A stretch of DNA of 64,000 bases, from assembly GCF_048593235.1 (NCBI RefSeq), contig NC_133620.1, forward strand, positions 396,581,261 through 396,645,260. The letters run 5' to 3'. The stretch comes from Sminthopsis crassicaudata. Lineage: Eukaryota. A program made the translations under genes and the position numbers. Within the stretch, counting starts at the first letter, position 1, and every line of letters starts with the position of its first letter. The notes beneath the pieces are model-generated. The model did no database searches. It was not told the DNA's origin and was given only the letters and a program-made list of their open reading frames with translations. Positions 28,501 to 40,519 of this stretch are shown one piece after another.

Positions 28501-28951
28501 CGGTATAATCAATTTTATGAATCATAGGATCACAGCTTAGAGATTTGGTCCAATGCTTTTATTTTATAAGTGAAGACGAGTCTAAAAAGATTGTGGCTTG
28601 TCACACAGTCAATTAGTTACAAAGTATTAGTAAAAGTAATTGCATCAGCTTCTATTTATACTATATTTTTACATACATTATCTGATTTGATCCTTACAAC
28701 AATGCTGGTATTCCATTTTAATAATAGCTTTTTATTTTTCAAAATACATGCAAAAATAGTTTTCAACATTCATCCCTGCAAAACCTTGTGTTTCACATTT
28801 TTCTCCCTCCCTTCTGCTCCCCTCCCCTAGACAGCAAATAATCCAATACAGATTAAACATGTGCAGTTCTTTTTCCTTCTCCCTACTCTCCCAATGAATG
28901 CATTTGTTTATTCTGTTATAAGCTACAAGAGTTCTTTCTAGTCCTCCTACT

Positions 28952-29563
28952 TCATTCGTCAGCTGGTTCTTTTTGGGAAATCTTGTTTTTTTCTGCCTCA
29001 GCCATGACCTGTCTGTGGAATTCCTTGAGAACCTTTACCTGCCGAGGTCGGATTTGGATGTGAGAACGGATGTCAGCAATAGCTTTCACGGCCTCCTCCG
29101 GACTCCAGTTATACACCTGTATCAAATAGGCCGCCACCATGGTGGCGCTTCTGGAGCGCCCAGCCTTGCAGTGAACATAGACACATTTCCCCAGTGCCAT
29201 GTATTTGAGTGTGAACTGGACACCTTTCTTTAGGTTTTCCAAAGTTGGGACTCCAGTCATATCCACTGTGCTGAGACGCAGTTGTTCTACTCCAACTGCT
29301 TTCCATTCCTCAGAAGTGTTACACAAGAACCTCGTCTCATATTCTTCATTCATGGTGATCACTGCTCGGACATTCTCCTTCTCTACTAGCCGGAGCGTGA
29401 GACTGCGCAGCGGCAGCGCGCCCAACAGCACGGTAGAGTCGATGCGGTGGTACCAGTCGCGGTGCCCGGCTCTTGACACCTTATCGAGCACCAGCGTGTA
29501 CAGAAGTGTCGGATAGAAGAGAATCCGAGCCAGGCCGGCACCCAGCACAGATGAGGCCGCCAT
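28952..29563 (-). CDS. PTPMT1: Intronless PTPMT1 (mitochondrial phosphatidylglycerophosphatase / dual-specificity phosphatase) retrocopy with intact 203-aa ORF
   Basis: Continuous ORF with LARILFYPTLLYT N-terminus, WYHRID, NEEYE, VDMTG and the catalytic loop HCKAGRSRS (Cys132 at 29168-29170). About 148/190 identical to the human protein as recalled from memory. Strong Kozak context (GGC ATG G). No introns. Confidence 0.95.
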   Translation of the reverse strand: MAASSVLGAGLARILFYPTLLYTLVLDKVSRAGHRDWYHRIDSTVLLGALPLRSLTLRLVEKENVRAVITMNEEYETRFLCNTSEEWKAVGVEQLRLSTVDMTGVPTLENLKKGVQFTLKYMALGKCVYVHCKAGRSRSATMVAAYLIQVYNWSPEEAVKAIADIRSHIQIRPRQVKVLKEFHRQVMAEAEKNKISQKEPADE

Positions 29564-29654
29564 GCCGGTGCGGGCCCAGAGCCACCAGTTCAGCTTTCAG
29601 GCCTAACCTTGGATCTGGGTTCAGGCTCCCCGGCTGGAGTTCCTGGCTCCGGCT

Positions 29655-29800
29655 CCGGCACCAGTATAGTCTACAAAGACACCTTATACGCCCTGCTCCT
29701 CCCTAAGCCCAGAGCTTCCTGATGACCTGATTGGGTCACAGACTAGGGGGCTGTGAGCTCTTGGTAGCTAAGCCTCTGAAGGGGCTGGAGGGCGGTGCTG
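29655..29800 (-). promoter_or_regulatory. Candidate core promoter inside the retrocopied leader
   Basis: TATAA(GG) at 29684-29688, ACCCAATCAG (NF-Y-like CCAAT) at 29730-29734, GGGCGG GC box at 29790-29795. Order and spacing fit a minus-strand TSS near 29658. Confidence 0.5.
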
Positions 29801-30019
29801 GAGGGGAGCGAGGGGGTGGTCACTGCGGAGCCATGTGCAATTCTTCTAAACATATTTCCACATTTATCAGCTATCATTCCATTTTGCCATCGAAGAAACT
29901 GAGGCACAAAGAGATTAAAGTAAGTCCGGAGTAATACAGAATAAATGTCTGAAACAAGATCTCAATTCCAATCGGAGGATTCTACCCCTTCTGTACCTTT
30001 TTTCCTTTTTTAAGTTAAA

Positions 30020-30089
30020 ACAAGTTTTTTTTTTTCCTTCCAATTAACAATCATTTATTTTCTTCCCCGCATTCCCTCTTCTCCATGAG

Positions 30090-30168
<79 letters not shown>

Positions 30169-31440
30169 TCGTAATAAATCCTCATACTCAAGGAAAATAA
30201 ATTTCTTTATTGCCCATGTCCAAAAATGTTTGTATCATTCTGCAACATGAGCCCATCACTTCTTTGTCAGGAGGTGTGGTTGCTGCTTCATTACCTGTCT
30301 TTTGGAATCATACTTGGTCACTGGGCAACATTCTTATGTATACAATTTTTGAAGACTATGTTCCTTGGAGATGATAGATGTCATCATCTTCCCCAAGTAA
30401 TGAGTCAGGGTTTAAATGTGCTTTGCATATATACAAATTGGGCCTTTATTTTATCTTTGACATATTTACAACTTTCCATTTATTCTTATAGTTCATCTTC
30501 TAGACACAACCTTTTTGCAGTGCTTTCATATTCTTCATCGGTTATATGCAGTTCCTTCCATTTTTAAATGTTTTTGAAAACTTATAAAGAATGAGAATGG
30601 GATAAAGAGGGAAAACACATACCTATTTGAGAGGCCATAAAAGCCTTCTAAATTCAGATAGAGAAAAGAAGGCAGGAATAAAGGGTGGAGGGAAAGGATA
30701 AGGAAGAGATCTTTGGAGAGGGAGGCAAGCTAGAGAATAAAGCAGAGGAGTCAGGAGAGATACAAACACAAAATAAAAACCAGGAGTAAAAAAAAAAGTA
30801 GGGGTAGTAATCATGATCTCATAAAGTTAAAACTAAAATAGATTTAATCAAAAGAAAAACTATACTACATGTCAGCCATATTAATCAATCTTATTTTAGA
30901 CTAAAGTAACTAGACAGGATAAGGTTGGAATATTGCTGTGGTGTATGAAATGATGAGTTGGTGAAGTTAGAAAAATACAGGAAGACTGGGACTTATGAAG
31001 GAAAATGTTATCAACCTTCAGAGAAACAAAACAAACAAGCATAGTATACATAGATACTTATATAAATGTATATGTATGGTTATAGATCTCTAGGTATATA
31101 TGTATGTTAGTGTATATTTCCACATATGTATATGCATGTTTATATAGGTATGTATTTACACACATTCATAAACATATGTTAGTGGGTAATTACAGCCTTC
31201 TTGGGGAAGGAGGAAAGGAAGAAAGAAAAAAGAATCAAGTAAAAAGTGCACAGAAGAGAACAAAAGAAAATTTACAAGGAAGCAAAGATGGACAGCTCTG
31301 AACAAAATGTGTATTTATTATACAGGCTTTCTTGAAATGGAAATTTATTGCTTTGTATTCTGAATCCTCTTTTATGTTCTGCTGTGCACATGGTAATTTT
31401 TTCCTTTTCCTAGTTTGTATTTAAGTTTTAAATAATTTTT
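30020..31440. mobile_element. Old marsupial L1-type fragments (minus about 30020-30570, plus about 30600-31440) with (GA)n at 30085-30162
   Basis: 3'-UTR-like segments typical of old marsupial L1s. Boundaries approximate. Confidence 0.5.
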
Positions 31441-32989
31441 TAAAAAGCTTATCAAAGAGTTTCCTGTGTAGCCACACGGGTTTCTTCAGATCTCTCTTTA
31501 GGACTTTTTGGAGCTTTTGGGAAGTGAGATCAAGGCTTTTTTTTTTTTTTTTTTGGCCTTTCCTTTGACTTTTACAAATATTGATTTTGCATAAATTATG
31601 ACAAATAAAACTTCTGGTCATAATTACAAGAATTTAAAAATTTGTATTGATGCCAATCATAGAAATAAGGTAGCTCAGAGAGAGGTCTTGATGCTTGCTT
31701 GTAGTTACTAAGAGTTTTGAGTGAAGGAAATTATTACCTCTAGGACTCCTTTCTCTAAGCCTACAATGAATGTGTCTAAAGTAGTATACATAATCATATA
31801 TATTAATACAATGTTAAGTGTCTTGAACCTGAAGATGATTTTCAAATGAAATTTTTAAAAGGATTCTTTTGTTTTAATCATTATTCTACAGAAAGGTTAG
31901 GTTTGTTTATCCTAAGTAACATTCAACTGTTTCCTATTTACTGTTATTTTGTGGTTACTAGAAGAGGTATTCTGTACTGCCTATATAACCTTCAAAATAA
32001 TCAACTCTTGCAAAACTGATTGCATTTCAAGAGTGGCTGAAGGAATCCCATGCATAATTTATATCTCTTTATGCTTATAAAGTGCCTTGCATTGAGGCCA
32101 CTTAGAAAGGTGTCAAATACATCTAAATAATTATCCTTAACTTTACTTCATTTTTCTCTTGTTCCATTAGGGTTGCTAATCATGTCAGTATATGTAAAAG
32201 GGGGATTCTTTAGTGTGGGGAGGGGTATTGAGAGGGATAGAGATAGAGAGAAGGGAATAAAGCTTCAATAGGGACAGGTTTGACCTAGATTCCCAGCTGC
32301 CCATTCTTTGAATATCACAACTCAATTAAATATGGAGGGGGAAGGGAATTTAACTTCCAGAAACATTACATTAATTCATCCCACTATTCTCATCCTCTTC
32401 CTTTCCCAGACAAAATCACCTAAGTCCAAGTTGGTTGTGGACAGGCCACCTTCACATGCACATGTGCTGAGCTTCAAGCATGTATGCCTTTATTCTTCCT
32501 CTAGAAGAAGCTAATTTATTCTGCCACACGCTTCAGAAATGCTTAACCTTGTTATTTGATAGCCATGTGTTTCAGAGCTGAGGTAGGAGGAGCTGTTTAA
32601 ACTCCTTTTTTTGCTGAGAGAGAGATGGAATGTTAGAACTAAAAGGTTCTGTGACAGTTGGGGATGACAGTTGTGGAAAGACTCAGCTAACTGGAGGCAA
32701 AAGTGCCCAGGCCAGGGAGTTCTCAGAGCTGCCTCAGAACAGCATCCAAAACTGTAATTGGGCCAATACAGATTGCCATCGCCATTCCCCAACCCCCACT
32801 TTCTTTATTTTTCCCCCATCAGTAAAATGAGGGGGTTGGATTAGGTTTCCAGAGTCCCTTCCCTTCCAACTTTCAATTTAAGATCCTATCATTTGAGGGA
32901 AATTGATGAGCAGCAGAGCATTTTTAAAGGAACAAACAGTTCTGGAATATTGTAAATCTTGTCTTTCTGAGGTTTCTTTCGTTGTTGGC

Positions 32990-33220
32990 TGGTACAGTGA
33001 TAGAATGTTGGGCCTGATTCAGGAAGACTCATCTGAGTTCAAATCCAGTCTCAGACACTTAGCAACTGTGTGACGTTACATAAGTCACTTTTTCTCAGTT
33101 TTCTCATGTGTAAAATGAAGTGGAGAAGGACATGGTAAATTACGCTAGGGTCTTTGCCAAGAAAATCCCAAATGGACTCACAAAGAGTCAGACACAATTG
33201 AAATGACTGAATAGTAATGA
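32990..33220 (+). mobile_element. Mar1-type marsupial SINE (further minus-strand copies near 9750-9910, 15930-16160, 60705-60930)
   Basis: CORE domain followed by TTTGCCAAGAAAATCCCAAATGGACTCACAAAGAGTCAGACAC tail. Confidence 0.75.
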
Positions 33221-33959
33221 AATCTTTGTGTTTCCGAGTTTTTTTTAAACATCACATTTCCTATTTTGGAATCTGTACCTCATATTTGAAAGTTTAGAAC
33301 TGGAAGAGATAAGTACATAATCCAACCTGCTAGTTTATCAAAGAGGAATCTGGTACTCTTCGGGAGGCTCTGTGATTTGTCCAAAGTCAGACAGGTAGTC
33401 TATATCAGAAGCCAGGTTCTCTGTATCTAAAGTCATAGTCTTTCTGCTACAACACCAATATTGAGGTGTTAGTGTAAAAAGGAGATTCTTTCAGCTAAAG
33501 TTTCAAACTATTAGCAGTATTTATCCACTGTGTGAATAGAATGACCTTGCTCAATTCTATGGGAATTGTGGTATAGAAGTGTGACCCTCATCTTGGTGCT
33601 CTAGAATGCTACACCAACAAACACAGAACATAAACTTGGATGGGTCCTTTAAAGCTGGAAAGGTTTCAAGTATATATGATCAAATGCTTTTCCTTCTCAC
33701 AGTATAGACTAGTTAAGAGCAATTCATGCTAACCAAAGGTGAAAAGGAATTGTGGCCTATATCAGTAGAGAAATAATCCACAGTACTGAAAATCCTATAT
33801 CCTTTATGTAAATATAAGTGGCAACACTATGAGAGGTAAAAGCAAAGAAAAATAGAGGACATAGAGAGTCTTCATGCTAAAGATGCAAAATCCAAATATG
33901 CCCGAGATGAGAATAATATTTACATAAACAATAGCTAAACATTTTCCTTTTTAAATACT

Positions 33960-34470
33960 ATTTTTATTTTACCTAGTAGTATGTAAAAAAGACAAGGGTT
34001 TTTTTGGGGGGGTTATACATGTACATTGATTTTTTACATATTTGCATATAGATTGTGTTGGGAGAGAAAAATCAGAATAGGGAAAAATCACAAGAAAAAA
34101 AATGAAGAAAAAAAAGTGAAAGTAATATGTGTTAATCTACATTGTCTTCATAGTTCTCTCTCTGGATACACAAATTGTGTTTCCCATCCAAAGATTATTG
34201 GGATTACCCTGAATCACTGAACCATTGAGAAGAACCAAATCTATCATAAGTTATCATCCCCCAACCTTGCTATTGCGTGTACAATGTTTTCCTCATTCTT
34301 CTTGCTACACTCAACATCAGTTCATGTAAATCTTTCCAGGCTTTTTAAAAATCAGCCTGTTCATCATTTTTTAGAATGATAATAACCTATTATTCATATA
34401 CCATATCATTCAGCCATTCTCCAATTGATGGGCATCCACTCACTTTCCAATTCTTTGCCAACACGACAGC
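33960..34470 (-). mobile_element. Older L1 3' fragment
   Basis: CATTCAGCCATTCTCCAATTGATGGGCATCC and reverse 3' UTR. Confidence 0.75.
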
Positions 34471-35485
34471 TAAACATTTTCAAGCAGTATAAAGCAAATT
34501 GGAGCAATCAGAACTGGTTTGGGAAGGGGGAAGAAAAGAAATTAGGGAAGATTCTGTAAATGAGGTGATTATTGAGCTGACTTTTGAAAGTATGGGACAT
34601 AGATTGGTGATAACATCCTAGAGGAATTAGTATCACAGATTCACATCTGAACACTGAGAAAAGGGAATAAGAAATCTGCTTGATAACGCTAGATAGACAA
34701 GCTTGGTTGAAAACAAGAGAACCCAAATCATTGTAATAATAACAAAAACTATAATGATGATAATGAGAATATAGTCACTTATACAGTAATTTAAGGTTTC
34801 CAAAGTGCTTTATATACATTATCTCATGAGATCTTCACAGCAGCTTTGAAATCAGTGTTCTTGTTATCTTGATTTTACAGATGAGAAAATAGTCTGAGAA
34901 AGGTTAAATGAGTTATTGCCCAAGGTCACCCCATGGTACAGATGAGTATGGTTATAGTTATCCAGGAGAATTGTTAATTGTTCATAATTGTCTGAAGTGG
35001 CACCTGATCCCAGTCTTCCTTACTCCAAATTCTAAACTCTATTGTGCCATCTAGTTTGTCTAAGAGGGAGTGGAGATTTAATAAGATGACCAGGTTGTCT
35101 CCATCACACATGGCCTGTCCCATTTCCTTCACTACTTGTTAACACTGTTCCACTGAACTACTCTTCTGAAATTACTTGTATTTAATGTATGTGTATACTT
35201 ACACATACATATATATCTATATATAGTATCTTCTTTTGTACATATTGTTTTTCTCCAGAAGAATGCAAACATGTTGAGAGCAAGAACTGTTTTTTACTGT
35301 CTATCCCCAGTTCATAACACAATGTCTGGCACATAAAGTTTTTGTTGAATGAAATGGAATTTGAAGTAGATTGGAGAAGGGAGAGAGGGAGGATGGTAAG
35401 GAGCTGTAAAAATCAGGATGAAGAATTAAGATTTGAAAAAACATTGTAGGCACTTTTTTCTTAAAAAAAAAAAAAAAAAAGCTAT

Positions 35486-35628
35486 GGGGCAGCTATGTGG
35501 TACAATGGATAGAGCACTAGCCCTGAAGTGAAGAGAACCTGAGTTCAAATCTGGTCTCATACACTTAGCACTTCCTAGTTGTGTGACCCTGGACAAGTCA
35601 CTTAACCCCAATTGCCTCAGGGGAAAAA
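35486..35628 (+). mobile_element. WSINE1-type CORE-SINE
   Basis: GGGGCAGCTATGTGG head, GAGTTCAAATC, CTTAACCCCAATTGCCTC tail. Approximate TSD AAAAAGCTAT / AAAAAGTTAT. Confidence 0.9.
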
Positions 35629-36964
35629 GTTATTTATAGTTCATCTTTGAACAATATTGTGGTTACCATATACAACATTGTCTTGGTTCTGCAAGTTTCA
35701 TTCTGCATTATTTCATACATCTTTCAATGTTTTTCTAAGACTAACTATACCTCATCATTTCTCACAGCACATTAGTATTCCATCAATAACAGGCTCTTGA
35801 AAATGGTGAATCTATTCAAGTGGAAACAGGAGAATGAAATCAGTGTGAAAGTGTAGGGTTGAAAATTCTGATTGAACAGTCATCCATGACTTCTAAACCA
35901 TGCCATCATAAGGAGAGAAAAGTGGAAAGACCATAACATTTGGAATTGGAGAATATGAATCCAATTTCCTACCTGTGTGACTCTGGGCATTCATTTGGAC
36001 CTCTTTGTGCTTCTGTTTTCCCATGTGTGAAATGAGGTTGTTTTTGAAGATCCTTTCTAACTCCTATGACCCAATGACAGTGAAAGATAAATTGGACATA
36101 ATCTGACTTCACAATCTGATCCTTCTGGGTTGGCTTCACATAATTTCCCTTCATGCACTCTTTGTTTCAGTTAAAACGACCTACTCATTTCCCAGAGCTG
36201 GCAATCCAATTTCCACTTCCATATCTTTAGCACAGGCTGTCTTCCACTCCAGGAATGCCCATGCAGTGTCAAATAATCATGCATATGTTTTACTGCTTCT
36301 GTATTGTCGAATTTAAGTAGAACTTAAAAGCTCCTTGGGCTCGGGGACCATTTTTCGTTTTGTCTTTGGATCACTACTTCCTATAATTCAGTGCTTCAGA
36401 CATAATGAAACTTTCTTATTGAATTGGTGAAGAAATCTTAAAAGATTCCTGTAAAATAAAAAACCCAAGGATAGAGTTTTTAAAAAGAAAATTGGAAAGT
36501 GTCAAATAAATGTAAAGGAGAGATGCAAAAAGAAACACATCAGTAGTAAACATTTACCAGACAGGCAGCACAACACAGCAGATAGTGAGCTGGAAGTTGG
36601 AAGACCTGTGTGATGTGTCCTGGAGGCTAATGGAATAGTTCTTTAGATTCTGATAGCCCCAAGCCTCGCTCTAAAATGAGGAATTACAAAGGAGATGCTA
36701 ATCTTTAATGATAGGAGTTCCTCACATTGAGGAAACCATAGGTCTGAACTAAGCAAAAAAATTTCCAATATTACATACCTATTTTAACATTTTTTTCCAA
36801 AATAAGTTAGATGTCACGTGGGTAAAGGATCAAATATCTATAATTATCCAATTGGAATCAAACTCTTATCTAGATTATTCTCTTATTATTATGGCTATAT
36901 TTTTGTCATAAACAATACAACTAATAAACATGGGGATTCTAACTTCATAAATAAGAATGCAATT

Positions 36965-37586
36965 GCTGTTATTGGGCTTATATCCCAAAGAAATACTAAA
37001 GAGTGGAAAGGGACCTGTATGTGCCAAAATGTTTGTGTGCAGCTCTTTTTGTTGTAGCTAGAAACTGGAAGTTGAATGGATGTCCATCAGTTGGAGAATG
37101 GTTGGGTAAATTATGGTACATGAAGGTTATGGAATATTATTGCTCTGTAAGAAATGACCAGCAGGAGGAATACAGAGAGGCTTGGAGAGACTTACATCAA
37201 CTGATGCTGAGTGAAATGAACAGAACCAGAAGATCACTATACACTTCAACAACAATACTGTATGAGGATGTATTTTGATGGAAGTGGAAATCTTCAACAT
37301 AAAGAAGATCCAACTCACTTCCAGTTGATCAATGATGGACAGAAATAACTATACCCAGAGAAGGAACACTGGGAAGTGAATGTAAATTGTTAGCACTACT
37401 GTCTATCTACCCAGGTTACTTATACCTTTGGAAGCTAATAATTAATGTGCAACAAGAAAATGGTATTTACACACATATATTGTATCTAGGTTTTACTGTA
37501 ACACATGTAAAATGTATGGGATTACCTGTCATCCGGGGGAGGGAGTGGAGGGAGGGAGGGGATCATTTGGAAAAATGAATAAAAAA
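36965..37586 (+). mobile_element. Young 5'-truncated L1
   Basis: ORF2 C-terminus and 3' UTR. 18-bp TSD ATAAATAAGAATGCAATT at 36947-36964 / 37587-37604. Confidence 0.95.
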
Positions 37587-38639
37587 ATAAATAAGAATGC
37601 AATTTCCCATTTATTGAATATTCATGTGGTGGTAGAGTTCATAGAATGTTGGACTTGAAGTCAAGAGAATCTGAGTTCAAATCTAACCTCAGATAATGTG
37701 TAAAAACTCTGGGCAAGTACCTTTTCTCAGCCTCAGTTTCTTTATCTCTAAAAAGGTAATAATAGAGTTGTCAAGGTAAAATGAGATGATTCATGTAAAA
37801 AGCTTTGCAGCTCTTAAAAGTGTTATATAAATGCTCCCTATTTGGTAGAACTGCTAAACTGGTTTTTCGTAAAGTGTAGTTCTTATCATGCTTCTTTCTT
37901 CTCCATCACCCAACCCTCAACATACTCCAGAGGCTCCCCTTCTCCTTTGGGATCAAATATAAACTAGTCTGACATTTAGATGTCTTCTTGACCTGCTTCC
38001 TTCCTACCTTTCTAGTCTTCTTACATTATATTTCCCTTTTGTCTACAACACAAGCATATGGAGCTGCTTTCTGTTCTATGCATGGGGATGCTCCATCTTC
38101 TATTTCCATTCCTTTATTTGGCCTGTCTCTTGTACCTAGAATGTACTCCATCATGTAAATCTTTGGGATTCTCTGGTTTCTTTTAAAACTCAGTTTAAGC
38201 AGTGCTTTATACATAGAACCATCTCTGATCCCCCAGCTGCTGGTTCAATCCCCTTCCCAAACTATCCTGTTTTCACTTTTGGTTTGTTCTGTATATACTC
38301 ATTATATATATAAAACACGTGGCAAATCCCTCATTAGGATTCAAGCTTTCTTGGTCTCCTTAGTCCTTAATACAGACAGTAAGTACTTAATATGTGTTTG
38401 TTGATAATATAGCTAATATTCATATAGTACTTTTAAGTTTAAAAAACAATTTCTCCACAATTGTCCTAAAATAGTCATCAGAAGTACTATTATTTTCATT
38501 TTAGAGCTAGAGAAACAGGATCAAAAAGATTAAATGATTTGTCATGGTAAAGCATATAATATTAAGGGCAGGATTTGACTCTGGGGGTCTCTATCCTAAG
38601 CATGACATCCTTTTTACTTGGTGAATGTCAGTAGATTTA

Positions 38640-39400
38640 ATTCAACAAATACTTATTAAATATTGACTATAAGATCTTGTACTATGTCCTGGAGGAAGAA
38701 GAAAGATTAATAAAACAGTGTCTCTGACTTAAAGGAACTTACAATCTCATAGTGGAAACAAATGTGTATGCAAATAAGCATAATATTGACCAGATGAAAG
38801 TAACCTCACAATAGAGGTATCACATTGTGGGAGCCAGCCTGTTATAGTATAAAGGGTATAAGCTTTAGATTCAAAGGTGTGGGTTTAAATCTTGCCTTAC
38901 ACTTATTACCTGTATGATTTTCTTGATCTGTAAAAGGAAAGGGTTAGACTACGGGGTGTTTGAGGTCCCTAAAGTTCTGCATCTAGGATTATGGGAAAGT
39001 GCTCTGAAAAATTCAGAGGAAGTTTTCCTTTGGCTAAAAGAATCAAGGAAGATTTCATGAAGGAGATAATATTTGAACACGGCTTTTAAGAGTGGATAAT
39101 AGTTTTAGCAGGTAGAAATGATAATCTGGTGATGAGAAACAGTATGAGTAAAAATAAAGAGATGGGGAACAGTAACATGTATTAAAAAAAAAAAAAAAAA
39201 AAAAAGCAAGAAATCCAGTTTGATTACAACCTAGAGTGAATATGGGGGAAGAGCAAAGAAGGTTTTTATTAAACTATATCCAGCACGTGGAAGGTTTACA
39301 ATACAAGTTAAAGAGGTTAGATTTTGTCTAGTTTAGCATTTAGAAGATCTCAAAGACTGTTCAGTATCAGATTGTTGATGCTGAAATGATCAAGTGTGTG
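38640..39400 (-). mobile_element. L2 LINE fragment (other L2 pieces near 46990-47400, 53600-53740, 54340-55200)
   Basis: Reverse L2 3' end ATTCAACAAATACTTATTAA..GTCTCTGACTTAAAGGAACTTACAATCT. Confidence 0.6.
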
Positions 39401-40519
39401 AATTTTCCCAATAGTGAATGTATTGGTGGCAGAGACTGGAATAAGAAGAAATAAGGACAAATTATAGGTACTCAGATTCTAGCTTTACACAAAGAAGAAG
39501 TTCCTAAGACAGTGGGTTAATCAAGGAATTGCCTGAATGACATGAGCAGGATACAGAGAATTGTAACTCTCAGTAGAAGAGGTAGAAATGCTCTTTTTTT
39601 CATCTAATCTGTTTGATTCTCACTGGGGATGACTGGGAATAATTCAGTTGCTTCAGACTGCTGTGGATCTTAACCATTCCTTAATTCAGCTCCCCTTATA
39701 TCAACAGAATTGTCCCAAAATAAAATAGTCTGTTTGGAAGTGGGGTGGGAGAGAGAAAATTGGGGAAATAGTGAATTCCCATCACTGAAATTCTTGAAGA
39801 AATAGAAGTAGCTCTTGTGGGGATGGAGAGACTCAATTCAAGTAAAAAATTGAAGTTAGTGTGGTCAAAAAGAGGAATGGAAGGTAGGTAGTTGAGACAA
39901 AATATTTTAGCTACAAGACTGACTTAGTGAATGAACAGGCAGATGAAGTGCAAAAAGATAGGGACGAGCCAAAGATGATAGAAGTTTTGAACATGGACAA
40001 GTATAAGAATGATAGGACCATTAATAACAAGAAAGAAATTAGAAGAAGGAGCAGGTTTTGGCAGGAGTGAAGAGGCAAGTGCTGAGTTTAACTGGAAATA
40101 TTGAGTTTGAGGTACGTGGTGGAACATTTTGTTAGAAATAGCTGGCAGGTAGCTAGAAATTCAGAGTTGGAGATCTGGACTTTTTAAAAAATCATGTATT
40201 TTCCTCATCCTTGATTTTGGTACAATTGAGTCTTTAACATAAAGGAGGATAAGTCAGCTTTATGTACATTTTTTTTCCTATTTTACCTATTTGTGGAACT
40301 GGGCTATTAATTTGACATAAGGCCATGAGAGTTCATGGTTGCCTATTTTTCATTAAATCCAAAAATTAAGTCACAATATAGCATTGTGAGTTTCTGTGTA
40401 ATTATTTAACATTGTCTTTAGTTTTTGATCTTAGAAGGCTAGATTATTCCCTCTGTTCTGTCATTTCTTTCCCAAACTGGAGAAGAAACTATGAGAAGTT
40501 TAGTGTCCAAAGATGAAAT

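Larger units (their letters stand above)
28858..29845 (-). mobile_element. Boundaries of the PTPMT1 retrocopy including TSDs
   Basis: Direct repeat CATGTGCAGTTCTT (28858-28871) / CATGTGCAATTCTT (29832-29845), 13/14 identical. Sense-strand AATAAA at 28907-28912, followed 14 nt later by a purine-rich stretch (about 28872-28892) read as a decayed poly(A) tail. Confidence 0.85.
28720..29875 (-). mobile_element. 5'-truncated L1 3'-UTR fragment interrupted by the PTPMT1 retrocopy
   Basis: L1 3' end at 28720-28871 continues at 29846-29875 (CTAAACATATTTCCACATTTATC). Flanked by the 10-bp TSD ATTCCATTTT (28710-28719 / 29876-29885). Confidence 0.75.
28655..29990 (-). mobile_element. MIR split by the L1+PTPMT1 insertion
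   Basis: Left half ATTATCTGATTTGATCCTTACAACAA...CCATTTT. Right half CCATTTT...GAAACTGAGGCACAAAGAGATTAA continues the MIR core. Confidence 0.65.

Noticed and set aside
28973-29934. Plus-strand and alternative-frame ORFs overlapping PTPMT1
   Set aside because: Shadow ORFs of a GC-rich coding sequence with no independent support.
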